Below the pieces are notes generated by a model. That model was not told the origin of the DNA, searched no databases, and saw only the letters and a program-made list of their open reading frames with translations. From the NCBI GenBank assembly GCA_963924565.1, contig OZ004607.1:35712001-35776000 (forward strand): a stretch of 64,000 bases of DNA. The letters run 5' to 3'. Origin of the DNA: Ascidiella aspersa. Taxonomy: Eukaryota. This document shows positions 43,801 through 58,122 of the stretch, piece after piece (within the stretch, counting starts at the first letter, position 1; each line of letters opens with the position of its first letter). The position numbers were made by a program, and so were the translations under genes.

Positions 43801-45256
43801 TATGCTCTGAACCATATCGAGCCATTCGTGGTTTCTGTCTAGAGCAGTGCTTCTCAACTTTCTATGAGTGGTCCCAAACCTCTTGTTCACGTTTTTGAAA
43901 CGAGAAATCAACGCAACAATGGCCCAACTTCTGTTTTAAAACGTGAATTGCTCTGCCAAATTTGCCACATAGGCGACATTCTCAAGCACGTGGAAACACA
44001 CGGTGGAAAAAATTCCAAAACTCCGGAAATTCTATAGCCCGTGTTTGCCTAGAGATCACGCGAAATCCGCATAACCCCTTAATCATGGGGCATATTGAGG
44101 CACTGCGGCGTGTCATAACAGTTATTGCAGCGAAGCGCGCGGTTAGGTGGGGGTCGGAGGGTTAAGTTGGGGTCGCAACATAAATGATGTCATCTATTTG
44201 CTCAGTAAACGCGCTTTTCGCCACTTTTAGCGCGAAATAGAGGGTATTTGGATGGTGTGCGGTTTTTATGAAGGGAGCTAAGTTTAAAAAGGGGCGGCGA
44301 AAACTGGATACGTGACCCAGAACAATGGGGCCTTTATGTGGGGCCTATGGGGGCCTCGATTTGCCCAAACAGCACAACACGTGCGTGATGGGAGTCCCCG
44401 ACAGGGCGAAAGAAAGTTGATGTTATTGTTATTTTAGCTTCCTGCTGCTGGTACTGAGTGAAAACTTGTTTTTAAATCATTGAACCTATATACAGGATGT
44501 TATTAAGTTCGCGTCGGAAATAACTTGTAATAAAACTAACCAAAACCAGCTCCTCTGGTAATTGTAGTTGTTAACCAACATTTTTTTTTCGCCTTCTTAG
44601 GCGGGAATGACATCGAAGGCTCGTAGTAATAAAACACTACACATAGTTTAGTGAAAAAAAACAGCGATAAAAAGAAAAAAAAAACAGCGATAAAAAGAAA
44701 AAAAACTCTTTTTTCAGTTTCCATTGTTTATATTTCACAATTTGTTTTCTGGACGCCGATTTTTTTTCATAGCTGACGCGATCGACATTGCAAAGGGCTA
44801 ATTTTTGCCTTCTGTAAACGCGGGAGGCATTCTTTAACCGATTTCCGGAAAGGTTCAATTTTCCCGTATTAAAATCGCCGGCGCTCCACACAGATAGGGA
44901 ATTCCAGCGCGCGTAATAACGTGCCATTAACATGTCAGCGCTCCAATAAGGCGAGCGTGTAATTGCGGCGTGTTGTGGAAATGCCGGCTGCCAGCCGCTG
45001 CGAGCAAACTTTCGCTAATTAACAGCTCTTAAGGACTCTGGCGTCTCTTGCTCGCGGCCCCACAGCTTTGATCGTTCCTTTTAAGGCGAGCGATAAGTAG
45101 CGCCAGCAATTGTGGCCGGAACTGTTTGAGCCTATTTTAGTTCGAATGCTGCGGCGTGTCGAGTAACGGGTCAGGGCCAGTTTGCCAGAAGGGAAGCGAA
45201 TGTCAACGGCACGCAATAGTCAATGAAATAAATGATACACACACATGTGTTTAACC

Positions 45257-45498
45257 AGTGCTCCCAAACAGTGGTTCAAAACTAATTGGTCTAAAAACCA
45301 AATGCATTTCTAAAAGTTATAGTTCTCTATTATATATTATTACGTACCATTGCGTGTGAGCTTATCTAAAATCAAGCCTCAACTTGATTGGATAATATCC
45401 AATATGCAAGCTCAAGTTTCGCATCAAAGGTTAATTGCAGGTGTATCTCTTTTCTTTCATTCTTTTGGTTAAAACTCATTGTGGATCGCGAATTGAAA
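45257..45498 (+). mobile_element. Partial second copy of the 5781-6765 hAT element
   Basis: Begins cagtgctcccaaacagtgg; shares gcatttctaaa.gttatagtt and gataatatccaatatgcaagctcaagtttcgca. Confidence 0.7.
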
Positions 45499-45510
45499 GA
45501 GTGGGGAGCG

Positions 45511-45584
45511 GCATCCAGTGAGGTTCGAACTCACGACCTCCGGCAATTCCGAGATCGTCGCTCTTACAACTGAGCCACACAGGC
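45511..45584 (-). pseudogene. tRNA-derived sequence (SINE head or tRNA pseudogene)
   Basis: A box TGGCTCAGTTG, B box GAGTTCGAACC, perfect T stem GTGAG/CTCAC; acceptor and anticodon stems do not pair. Confidence 0.7.
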
Positions 45585-48500
45585 TCAGAGACCAGCGAAT
45601 GCTTGCAGCGAGCAATAGCTGATGGGATTCATATCTATCGAGGTATAGAGCACTGGTACAATTGCTGCCTTCCGAAAACGATCGGAATAAAGCACTGACA
45701 CGTAACTTTTAGGAAAAGTCTTTTATTTACTTTTGATATATCATTACAGCTAGGTCATTTTATGAGCGTTCGTTCCGTTAGGAAAATGCCTATGTCTATT
45801 TTTTTCAAAAAAAAAAAAATTTTACAAAACAAAAAAAAATACGATGACAAAATTTCAGCAATTGAATGGCCTAACATAATACCATGGATGTTTTGCCGTA
45901 TAGGCCTTATTGAACAGTTCATAGATACACTTCAATAAAGAGATGTGGAATTTCGGTAATGTGGACAAAAAATCACTGACTTTATTCGTTACAAATCAAG
46001 AGGTTAATTCAAATTTGGCATTCAGAAAAAAACAAACATACACTCACCCTATCTATGAGTTGCGATTTTTTCAAACTAGGGCCAATTTTATTTTCACCAC
46101 CTTAAGCTTTCCTGATGCTAAAAATGCGCAATTGGGAATTTAAAAACGTAGGCTACCACAAGTTGAAAGCAGTGCCGTTCTCCCGGGACACCTTACCATG
46201 GCGTCGCGTGATTCAGCGACAGCGCGGTTCATTAATGGTTTCTTGGGCAAACAGCTGTTAAGCGCGACGACATTGCCGTTCAAACAAGCCGCTAGCATTT
46301 AAGAAAGTTCATAGGTGCAAGCCGGGAGACACGGAAAGCGGTTTTGCACGTGACCAAACGGACGGCTCTGATTGGACGGCTGGGCAAAGCGGTCCCACGG
46401 CACTGTGGCGTCGTTTCAGTTATCCGGAAAATACATCCAAACTAAAACGTTACCATAACCAGCTATATATGTTTCTATTACTGTGTTTCAGATAGCGTCT
46501 AGACTAGAGGTTTGTGTGCATTTAGATAAGGTAGGCGCTGTAAGACATGTTGCAAGTCTTCCCAGCCGGGAATGAGCTTACATACGAGCTAAACCGCTAT
46601 GACATAGGCCTACCGGAAACGAAATGAAGGTTGAAAGCTAGTTTTACCAGCTCCCTGCAAAATACACACTACCCCAAATTGCCTAATTTAAGAGTATTTG
46701 TCCTTAATTTTCCATGGTCAATCCAGCAATAATTATTCTCAATCTTCAACACAAAACCTTTTAAAAAATCTACACTCTAACCCCACTTACTACATAACCT
46801 TTCCTCATGTTTGTTCATATTTTTATAACTTTAATATTAAACTTTAAGGTTTAGGATTTCACAACGAATCCCTTTAATATCAATAAGATATATCGGAAAG
46901 GTCGCTATAACGCTCCAAAGAAAACTAGCCAACTGAATATGTCCTGACCTTTGCAAGGAAATGTCAACCTCAAAGTCTGATAATAATACTAAGCTAGGCT
47001 TTAACGCTACAGATAATAAGATGGCATTTTCCAATAAAGGTCGCTTCAATTTATGGCAGAATATAGTTCCGTATATTTATTTACAATAAAAGTGCGAGTT
47101 ACGGCCCTTTACAGCCAAAGAAGCCGGTGCTGGTATAGGCAATAATAAAATTAGATTTTGAGAACTGGATCTGCCACTGTTTAAAGTGTTTAAGCAAATA
47201 GAGGCCCTCAAAACAGTAAATGTAGCGTTAAAATCGTATCGCAGCTGTTTAAGTTCATGTTAAAGCGGCACATTCAACTTTGCAAGCAACAAATTCCACT
47301 TACAAGCAACTTAAGGCCGAAAAAATCTCGTTTTTAGAGGACGGAAAGCGACAACCAGAGGACACATTCCGCAAGGGACGCAAATTGCCGTTAAGCCGCC
47401 GCGCACTCGGTTTTGATCCGCTTTCGTTAGACCCCGAAGCCGCCCTAAAGAGCTAAAGAGCTCGCGGGCGAATCCCAGCTCAAACAAGACTAAATCGCGT
47501 CTCCTTGAAGAGCAAAACTAACGCCGGCATTGAGCGCGATGGAGCGTTGATCCCTGAGCCAACACCTCTATCAAAATAATTCAAAGCCGCCTTGTGATGG
47601 TGTCGGCGGCGGCTGGCCTTCGAACGTGCTGTTTGGCGAGGCCCGTCGCCCGCACAAAAGACTCGTGTGTACGCCCGGGCCAATACACATGGTTTGCACT
47701 CTCGCTGTTTATATTCCTGAGCTCTTTATGAGTCGGCTCTCGAGTGCGAAGCGAAAAACGCGGTCGGCAAATCGTGTTTCGATTGTTTGCCCCCCCCCCC
47801 CACACACACACCCCCGGGACGTGACAATGACGCCGATTGTCGTCAGGGGGTAAGCGACAACCGGGGGTCCCTGACATTTTATTCCGATACCTGAGCCCAA
47901 AACCAAATGACGTCATTAATATGCCCGGCTAAGCAAAATAGATGAAAATTGTAACGTTCAAAGGTAATTTTTCCAGATTGTTTGCCAAAGTTTGTTTTAT
48001 CAATAATAGGTTTAGTTACCTCCGTTTGTTAACCTTTTGGGATGCAAAAGTAACTCTTCATAATTAATATGCTAAAAAATGAAATGAAAAACAAAAAAAA
48101 TGGAATGGAATCAAAAACAAAATAATAAACAATAATATTTCGGTCTGTATTATTTAGCATGACAAAATTCAAAAGCAGTTAAAACAATCTCCAAGAAGAG
48201 AGAATGCTGTATACTTTTGGTTGGCTTTGACAGCCTAGGTTTTATGCCTTGTGGTCGCGGATTGTTCAAGTTTATGGCCTTTTCATGTCCAAGGGTTATT
48301 AAAATTGTTGGGTCTTGATAAGCGCAGAGAACTTCAGCACACGTACGATAAAATTGTGACCAGAATGTGGCACTTCGAGCACCTTGGCGACACTATACAC
48401 CCTTGTCTGTATCACCCAAAGCAATTAGTTGAATGGCGTGGCCCTGTAACAGATTAACTATACAATCGAACGAGAGAAGTGTCTCGCAGTTTTTTTTAAC

Positions 48501-48811
48501 AAAATTAATGAGAGGCCTAAAAAGGCAGTTCAACTGCTAACCAAATAAACCAATAAAAAGTAACAATGGACCGCATTTTATCTCACCGGGGTTTATGAGG
48601 TAAAGCACAAACAACAACAACAACAACTGCAACAGCGTCATAAGTCCAACGGATTACAAAAGTTACTAGAAAGATTTGGCTTCATGTTACACCAAGGATG
48701 AGTCACAGCCCCCAAGACAAATCAGTGCCTTAACCCACCGGGACCCCTTTCCGTGATTCACCCAACGGGGTCAAAATAACCCTTAACCGATTACTATACG
48801 TTTTCTATGGA

Positions 48812-49003
48812 TCCAGCCATAACACCGAAATAAGAACAACATCAACGTCGGAATAACAACAGTTCGGAATAAGACCAAAATAGGACTAATACCTAATAGT
48901 TGAAGTACCGTCTCAATCGGAATAAGTCCTAAACCCGTTGGAATAAGACTTAAATGGCCAGAATCAGGCTTAAATATTTTACATAACCCCAAACCTAACC
49001 CCT
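48812..49003 (-). repeat. Inverted copy of the 6775-6966 repeat
   Basis: ccgaaataagaacaacatcaacgtcggaataa...taaatggccagaatcagg. Confidence 0.85.
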
Positions 49004-52000
49004 ATGCTAATCACAAACTTCCCTAATAAGTTTAATCCTGACAAATTTTCTAACCTCACTTCTTACCCACCAATAAGCCCATGCAGGGCCGAGAATTTGA
49101 TGCCAAAATAGCTTATTCCTCTACTTGATATTAGTGCGTATTAGACTTCAAAATGTCGTTGGTTTAAATACTATGCTTTTATAGATTTCTCCTTTAGGTA
49201 TGTTGCTTTTTAAGTCTTATTATGTGTTCCCGTTTTCCATAACTAAACAGACAGGAGCGTATGTCTATAGAAAAGTCCAGACTCAAAATCCCAATTAGAA
49301 CCAACCCTTCTGTACATCTATTCCCATGAGATACATACGTGAACCGCAAACGTATCGCTTTGCATAGGTCAAACCGCCCTGCCAATACTGTTTACCGCAG
49401 GCGTTTATGAGACCCGCGAGAGTGGGTGTGTTTGCTCCAATCCTTGGGCGGTTGAATTAAACGACCCCGAAATAGTTTGCCGCTCGCACCGCACTGGGAT
49501 CTGTTGTTAAGGTTTTTGGGTGAATCTCGATACATTTTTGCAACTTATGCGGGTCGGACTGCAAGCTTGAGCTAAGGCGACCATGTAAACACAATTCTAC
49601 TGATGTAAGAAATCGACAGCGTTGGAAAACAAGTAATATTACCCATGTTTTGTCTTCGCTTTCTTATGTCTGTAAGTGTCGTTTCGATCAATCGGAAATT
49701 AAACCGAGTAGCTTCGGATTTAAGAGAAAACGGAAAAAAACTACTCAAACCATTTTGATAAAATTTCTGCTAAAACAGCAGGCATGCTAAGATAACTAGG
49801 GTATGGTATAAGCATTATTTTAGACCATATTGATCACATCAAACTTATCGTTGACCAAACTTACTTTTTATAACTCAACGCAACGTAATAGGTTAAATAA
49901 CAGATTAGGTCTTCATCAACCTCCAAGCAAACGACATCCTAAAAACTCTAAATCTTTAGCAATATAAACACGCTCACTTTCAATAGAAAACTGGGCGCTC
50001 CTACAACAGCGTTTAAAGTACTATATCGACGTATATTATTTGGGTTAGGGTGGGTTAAGTATTATTATATGTATTCGACTTGATATTTATTTCTCTGTTC
50101 TAGCCTGTAATCTAAACCACTTTAATAAAGGCCATATTACTTTCACTGCGCCATCACTGAGCTGATATCAATACACCTTCTTATAGGCTTTAATAAAAGC
50201 AAAAATGTCCGGTACTAAGGTTATGGCAATTTTGCCTCGAAACCCACCATTTATCTATGGCGTAACTATGGCGGTGGAAAGGCGAAAAACGAAGGCGATC
50301 ATTAAAGTCGGCGGTATATCCGCAAACTTACACTTGGATAAAAATTTCAGTTTGGCGGGTTTTCGAGCGTTGTTTGCGGCGGAAGGTATTCAGGCACGCC
50401 CGGTGTGGTTTCAACCTCTTAACAGTTGGAGGCGTTTTCCTGACCCGTGTGAAATGTTAGGAATGAGGCTGCAAAACTAAAATCGGTTGTTTCAGGGCAC
50501 TTTGAGTGAAATACCACCACATTAAAACATATTGGAATCCACCGCTTGTCATTTAGCCATGAATATTAGCGTGGACCAATCAAAGTTACATTAGAGTAAG
50601 CACCATATTTTAAATGCCACTAATACGAATTAGATACATTTCACAAATCGGTCCTTTTTGGGCAATTTCAGTGTAACAACACCACATTAAAACAAATGTT
50701 AACCTACCGCTTGTTATTTAGTCGTATTAAAAGAATCACCAGCTCAAATCTTTAGAATTTATTTGGAAGCCCTAAAAGGGATATTAGCACGGAGCTACTA
50801 AAATTACATTATAAAGAATACAGTATTTTAAATGCCACTTTTATGAATTAGATACAGTTCCCTAAAACCTGCATTTTTTAAACTCGAAATTACAGCACGT
50901 CTTGCAAAAACTATAAACATTTATCGATTCAACGAAACGCCAAAAAATGCAGTTTGGCTCGCCGGATAAACTCGTTTCGCCAACAGACTCCGACTACTCG
51001 CCATAAACTCGCCCGAAGCCGTACACTCGTGAGTAGCCTTGCTATGGTGAAGTTTACACACCTCTGTAAACTCTTATACAAAGCAGGCGAAGCAAGGAAA
51101 GCTAATTCGAACGCCTTGGCGGCCAATTTAGAAATTAGCGCCACTCGGCTGAGCGGTTCCGCTTTGCTAGCTCAGCGCGCAACACTCGTCTTGTTTTGCG
51201 GAAAGGGCTGCGGTGCTCAGCTGACAGTAACTTTGTTGGGCGTTTAACACGTCTTGCCCGTGTATGCGCGGCGATTCCATAGGCCAAGAAATGCCGGGAA
51301 ATTTTTCGAGTTCTGACATATAACCTTTGCCCAACGGATAAGCTATAGGCTTGGATATCTGTGACCATAAACCACGGTCTTTTCATAGCTGCTAATTGTG
51401 CTTTCTTCCTCGGTATTTATTTACTTTAAATATACTACAAACAGCCCTGAGTTGTGTACCACAACAGCCTAAATCGGTAAACCTTCACTACTCAACGCTG
51501 TCGTTATCTGGTCATACAACCCTTTACAGTTTACAAACTTAGTTGTGCAAATAGATAACCAACAGATTTAAACGACAAGTCCGCCCGACCGAAATATGCT
51601 GACAGAGCAAGCGCTACAAACGAGCCAAATAAGAATTGGCGACGAGGAGATATATTCTCTGTCACAATTATATTTGGAAATAGGCGAAATTAATAGATTG
51701 TTTACACTTGTGGCAAACAGAATGTGTAAAAAGAGAAAATATCTCCTAGCCCTTACAGGTAAATGACGACCATGAGTACAATTCTACGTATATTCTCTAA
51801 TCTACACTTTCCTGTCTCAATCAAAGTCAGTCATTTTTAAGTATTTAAGCGAATTATATTTCGCTACAACATAAGGCCTTGTACACAACCATCCACTGCT
51901 GACTGACTGACTGGGTCCGGGCAGCTAAGGTACACAAAAGCTTCGGTGTACATTCGGCTGGCCTCGAGCGTCCAGCGCAAACACTGGCGCCGCTATTAGG

Positions 52001-55000
52001 CCCCGAACGAGCGCTCGTTAACCCTTTCCAAACGCGAATTACGCACCCGATTGCGACGAAAGATGGCTGGACCAAGCCAATCAAGCCTTTGCCTGCCAAC
52101 GCTAAAAGTCTTTACCTGTAGGATTCTAACAGCGCCTACTTCTCTCTTATTTGACGCTCTGCGCGCGCAAATGCTGTCTGCCTCCAGTGCGCTTTTTTGC
52201 TGCCAACTATTTCCATTGGCAGCAAAATACGAACGCGCCCAATAGCAACGCTATAGTCAAGAGCCGACCCGCAAGCGCTGGCTTGGCGACGCGTCAAAGT
52301 GCGGCCTTTGCCGAGAATAGAACAGTTTTTGAACCCGGACGCTGTTTTTACCCAAAAGGCTGGCGGAAGTTTTCTTTCGCGTCCCACAAACACTCCTCTC
52401 TTTTTTCCTGGGCGCTTACTGCCAGCTGTGCGGGTTCGCCTGACCGTTTTCAGTCGGCGTTTTTAGCCGGGCGTCAAATCGAACGCTCCACGGCCCGGGT
52501 AGAGTCTGGCGCGGTCGCCGCAACAAAAGCCGGCTCTCGGAAACGCCGAAAGGTTGCGGCGCCTTTAAAGACCAGAGGCGAACTGAACGAGGCAGGGTCA
52601 GCGACCAGTAGAGCTTTCTAGGCCTATGCCCCGGGTTGTAATGTACCCGGGTCGCCTATGCTTGGCTCGAGGCCGATGTGAACAAATTTGCTCGACGCCG
52701 ACTCGCCGAACGGTTCATTTATAGCTTTTTGAAGGCCGGACCTTCTTCTCTGCGCAAACATAAGGGCGCCGCGTCGAACGCACAAGCGCGCGCGCGCATT
52801 TAGGAACACACCCGCGAATTGCGAGACCGGCTCGGTAGGCAAACCCACCTTCGCCATGCGCCCTTCGAAAGCGCCCGTCTTTTTATATGAAAGACACTCA
52901 CACCTATATGTCCTCAAAAGATATCAATTGTAAACCATTTTACAATTGAAACAATGCCTGGAAGAAACAGTATATCCAAAAAAACTGTTCCACAGAGCGG
53001 AACTCACATATGTGAAAGACACACACACTAGCCCCTCGGAAGCTTCTTTTTGACCAACGATTACAGCTTCCGTATCATTATAGTACACCGAAAAAAACAT
53101 TTGTCAAGTTGCGCTTCTTTTTATGTGCGTTTGTCCTCAACGAAAAGATGTGTAAGCGGGGCTTTCAATGTTAAAAGAAAACTGGCGCTTAATGAGGAAT
53201 AGGAAAAATCCAAGCGGCCTGCAAAAGGCCAAGAAACGAATACGAATACTTTTTTAAGACGCGACTTGATCAGCAGTAGCAATCAAAACGTTCTACATTA
53301 AGAGGGGGGCTTTTCGTTTTTTTTTTGGCTTTTCGAATATCGTTGAAAACTAGGAAAACACGAATAGCAACGCTCATGGTTATTTTACTAACATTTGCTC
53401 AAACAAAGCGTTTGCAGAAAGAAAAATAAAACAAGACACTTAGAGCCCGTTGAGATTACTCGACGTCTCATCCCAGCAGGTGTACGCAAAAGAAAAGATC
53501 TTATAGATTCGCGGATCCGACAGAGCCACTTGAGCATCCCAGGGGGCGTTGAAAATATTACGAGCCCAAGTCATTGTACGTCCTTAATGCACAGGTAGGG
53601 TTCTGGTATTCGGCAAGGGACTTAAGACTGTGGAACTTGCAGCATCGCGTTGGTAAAACGCAGGAAAACTTCTAAAATGCCGAGAAGTCCTTTTGTGAGT
53701 TTTGTCGGTCATGTAACATAACCAAGTAAAGAATGGTTAGGGCATATGTTCAAGGGGAAGTATATTTTACCGTTGTGTTACACGCGTACCGCCTGCCTGT
53801 CATTTTAGCATCAAATTGCATCACTGTATGATCGCGTATAGCATTTAGCGTTCAGAAACAGGAAAAGCGATCTTCTAAATCCACGTCTCAAGGCTTTGGA
53901 AGCTGATTTTCGCAAACCGAGTTTAGCTAGCTTATAGTTACACGGATGACCCCTGCTGCCTGTCACATATTATACAGCACCCATGTAAGACCCAGTATAG
54001 CATTACAGCGCCAACTGGTACACCTTACGCGTATACAGAAACAAAGGCAGCGATTTTGAATCCTCTACTCTTAGCAATGCCACTTAAGCCTCGAAAGCTC
54101 ACAAGGCCTGTCCTGGTACAGTTGTCGTCAGAAACGCTTCGTAAAAAGATTAAGAGTCTGGCTGATGTTTCTCCTTAACAACAGGTTCCACGTGCGCAAA
54201 TGCACGGCTAGGGTTGCGCTTATCGGACAGCGTTCGTGGGCTTGTAAGCCGGCGGTCTCGACCATGTAGTCACAGGCTTTTGAACGGGCAAGGCGGCGTT
54301 CAGTTTCCCAAACGTATCAGGTCGCGCGGACCCGGGTAAAAAATGTCCAAAAAATGCCGGTTTTGGGGGCGTGTAGAACTGTGCGCAGGAATCGTCTAGA
54401 AAAAACGACCAAGCCGCTGCAAAACGATTGTGAATTTTTTGAAACGAGTAATTTTCCAAACCCAGATTGCATTGAAGTAATGGCCACAACCTCTTGTTTT
54501 AAATCTAGTAGTGATTTCGCAACTTAAATTTCCTCTTAAAATTGACTGATCTTCACTGTATCCCGATTCAAAGCAATGTTTTACGAAACCTTAAAAAATG
54601 TGGGTTGTGTTATTTAAACGCCACCCTGAAAAACGCAATCGTTTTAAAAGGTGTTGTAATGCTATGAACTATGTGGTTTCAATAAACTTTAACGATTTTT
54701 TTTTAAATGCTGCCCTTACGCCAAAGATCTTAAGTGACATAATTTGGTGTGAATTATTGGCGGTCTAGTGAGTTTTCAATGAAAAATAGCCGCTTTCGGC
54801 GTATTTTTCGTCTTATTTGGGCGCAGGATTTCGGGAAAAACTATTGTGCGCGAATCTTTGGCGGCCACAAAATTCCAAACGATACAAAACGATGATGAGA
54901 AAGCTTGAGCGAATTGTTCAGAGAAAAACGATTTATATTGGCGAAGCGCAATGAACACAACTTCACCGTTGCTACCTTAATTCCTTTCCAACATGGCCAC

Positions 55001-58000
55001 ATCTGATATGAAATGCGCCGCATTTATAGCAACCATTCACGTTTGTTTATCCATGCGTTATCAGGATATATACTTCATTGTTGCCAATTCCACATGGCGA
55101 CAAATACGAAACGACACGCTGTTTTATTTTCGAGTTGAACGGCTTAAAAAATGCCCAGAAAATTTCCAATTAAACAACGGACTAAGAGCTCACAGGAAAA
55201 ACCCTATAATTACAGTACTTCAGATTTGAGACGATTCAAGTGGATTTGTACATCGGCGCCATTCCATTGATAACTCATCTAGTCGGGATTCAATCTATTT
55301 CATATTCTAGTCAGTTTAACTTGATTTTAAAGAGACGACGAAATCTAATTCAAAGCTTGAGGCGACTCTTGCGGTTGGCCCAAAATCTTACATCACAGTC
55401 TTTAAACATCAACAGGGCATCCCAAAATTTCTGTACCAGGATAAAGCTGACTGCAAGAGTCTTTAAAAAGTCGCAGAGGGTTAGAAGTAATTCTCGTAAT
55501 CAATGTGTTGTTGGACAATGTCTGGTATAACGTCTAATGATCACATGAGAACCACAGGTCTAGCGCATGGCTAATCAATGGCTATGACTAGCACTTCGAA
55601 ATATGCAAAAACAAAACATCGCAATTGCGCAATCGGTTGTATTTATAGGCCCCCGTTGGAGAACAGGAACAAACAACATGCGGGGGAGCACGATTGATCA
55701 ACAAACAACAAGACGGGGGAGTCATTTCACGGAAGGACGGTCTTTCCAAAGCGAAAGCCCCGCGCAAATCCGGGAATCCTTCGAAATTGGATTACCGCTG
55801 TTTAGTCGAAAAATCGCGGCGGTAATCGCTATTTCGGGAAGGGCGCATCATCAACCCTTGTGTAGGTGAACGGAAGCGTCGAGAAGGGGGAGTAAGTCCC
55901 CTTTTAAGCTGAGAAACCGCGAAAACGAAATCCCGAAAAAACAGTGGCGTACCTCCTCGGCAATTTTCTTCGAGAAAAATGTCTTATCTTTAGGTAAAAT
56001 ATATGCACGGATCTGTAATGTAGCTTGATACAGAATCTCAAAGCCAAAAAGGTCGAGTAGATCGACATCATCTTGATCATACTTTTCATCAAGATGATGT
56101 TGATATATACTCGACATTTTTGGCTTCGAGACCCATTATAAAGCAATACCTATTATGGTCTCCATAAAAGATATTCTATTTACTAGCAACCATCAACATA
56201 GGAAGACTTTAGTTTTTATAGGCGACAGTGCTAAACATCTAAAATAGCCGATTTAAAAATGTGGAGTTTTCCACTTTTAACCCATCTTCAGAAAACAGTA
56301 TTGTTTTGAAACAGAAGAAAACCGTTTCTAGGACGATTTGGTGACAAGCTTGTCTCGGTATTGATTCGAGGATTCGGCGGCCTTAGAGGACACAAGGTGA
56401 CCTTGAAAGGCCCGGCGCCGCCGGTGCAAGGTCAAGCGCGGCCGAGCACTTGACTTTTAGGTAAGCCGGGATAAGGAGGCTCCTTTTGGGGGATTTATGT
56501 TAATCCACGTTGGGCCCCGCACCCAATTAACGCACTTCTAAGGGTAGGGAAGCTTCCGTCTACGACTTTAACGAGCCAACGGTTTCCGAAATTCGTGCTG
56601 ATGACCTTAATTGTCATAGGGCCCGATTTGCCCCCTCTTATGTGTTTGCCTTAAGCGTAAGAGATGGAGGAACAATGCTTGTATTTTGTTCCTGGGCCTT
56701 GTATTTTGTACTTGTATTTTGTAGCCCTGTATGCAAGTTTTGGCGAACGAAGGGCCGCCAGATCCGACACCTAATCACGTCGTTACTGCGATCTAATAAG
56801 GAAAATGGGCACACATGAAATGTGTTCAAGGTATTAAGACAAAATTTGCTGTTGCGTTACGAGGTTTTAAGTTACTCCAGGTGTACTTAACTGTTTTACT
56901 AAAACTAATTTTTAAGGTAGAAAAGCTACGTTACTTTGCACACCATACCTCAAATGCATACATTTATTTGGGATGCGACCGGCACTAATGCTACCCTTTT
57001 AATGGACCAGTAATATACTAACACTTGGAATCGGGTATCGGCTCCGATCCTATACATCCCTAATGGAAAAACTTTGAACCCATTTAAAGGTGTCCGATTT
57101 TTCTGGAAATATGCCGTGTTTACAATTCTTGCATGCCAAATTAGTTTATTTTGGCTTGCAGGTGGAACCCAGGACAATAGCGCACTGTATTTTCAGGTAA
57201 GTCAATCCCTGTTGGACCAACTCCACCTGTTGCTTTTCAGTGACCGTGCGAAGTGCAAGTGTTCTGGCCAAAGGTGCACAAAGATACACAAGCCTTGTTT
57301 TTAAATCCACACGTGCATGGTAGACTATGCTTGCGGTTTTGGTTAAACCCTGTTTTTGTCACGTTTTTAGTAGAAGTGAAAAGAGGACAGGTCCGTTGTG
57401 ATAGCTGGCTTTTTGTAAACGAGAAAGGAAATATTTTCGTAAAGGCACGAATGATCATTTCGTAAAGGCACGAATCGCATCAGATCATTTCTGGCCAACT
57501 AAAGAACAATCAGAGCTCTGTATGCTTTCGTAGCTATATCACAGGAGAACAATACACTGTACTAAAAATGCAGGTGCATTTTTTTCTAGAACCACGCTCA
57601 ATTTTAGCCAATAAACGACATCATTAAAATACAACCAATATTATATAGTGTACAGGAAATCGAATTTATACTTCAGCACGCTTTTTCCAGGCTATGCAAC
57701 GATTTTGAACTGTTTGGCATTAACAACAGAACATAGACTCGGCCCATTAAAAAATAGGATTTATGCTAATTGATTCTGCCATTGAACAGCAACATTAAAA
57801 GTTACAAAATGCGCGGTTGAACGATAACCCCGGGTGAAGAATTAAATGAGTTTCATCTTTTAAAGTTTTACATTTTAAATAAATAGTAAACAAACATTTG
57901 AACAAAGATTAAGGACGCTGTTTCGACCGTTTAGTGGTAGTTTTTGGAAGGCTCATGACTCGAAGGTTCAGGTCATGGCTTTCAAATTGTATAAATTATG

Positions 58001-58058
58001 ATTAAAATTTGCCCACATTTCGTTGGTTTTGTTATTAATCGTTTACAGGTCATATTTA

Positions 58059-58122
58059 AAATAGAGAAATCAGGTGGCACTGTATAAAGATCTTTATACA
58101 GTGCCACCTGATTTCTCTATTT
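58059..58122. repeat. Perfect 64-bp spacerless palindrome
   Basis: aaatagagaaatcaggtggcactgtataaaga|tctttatacagtgccacctgatttctctattt. Confidence 0.97.

Noticed and set aside
51850-52920. GC-rich ORF cluster, likewise 58.5-60.3 kb and 62.3-62.8 kb
   Set aside because: Overlapping ORFs in several frames with no domain signatures or splice pairing; more consistent with non-coding islands
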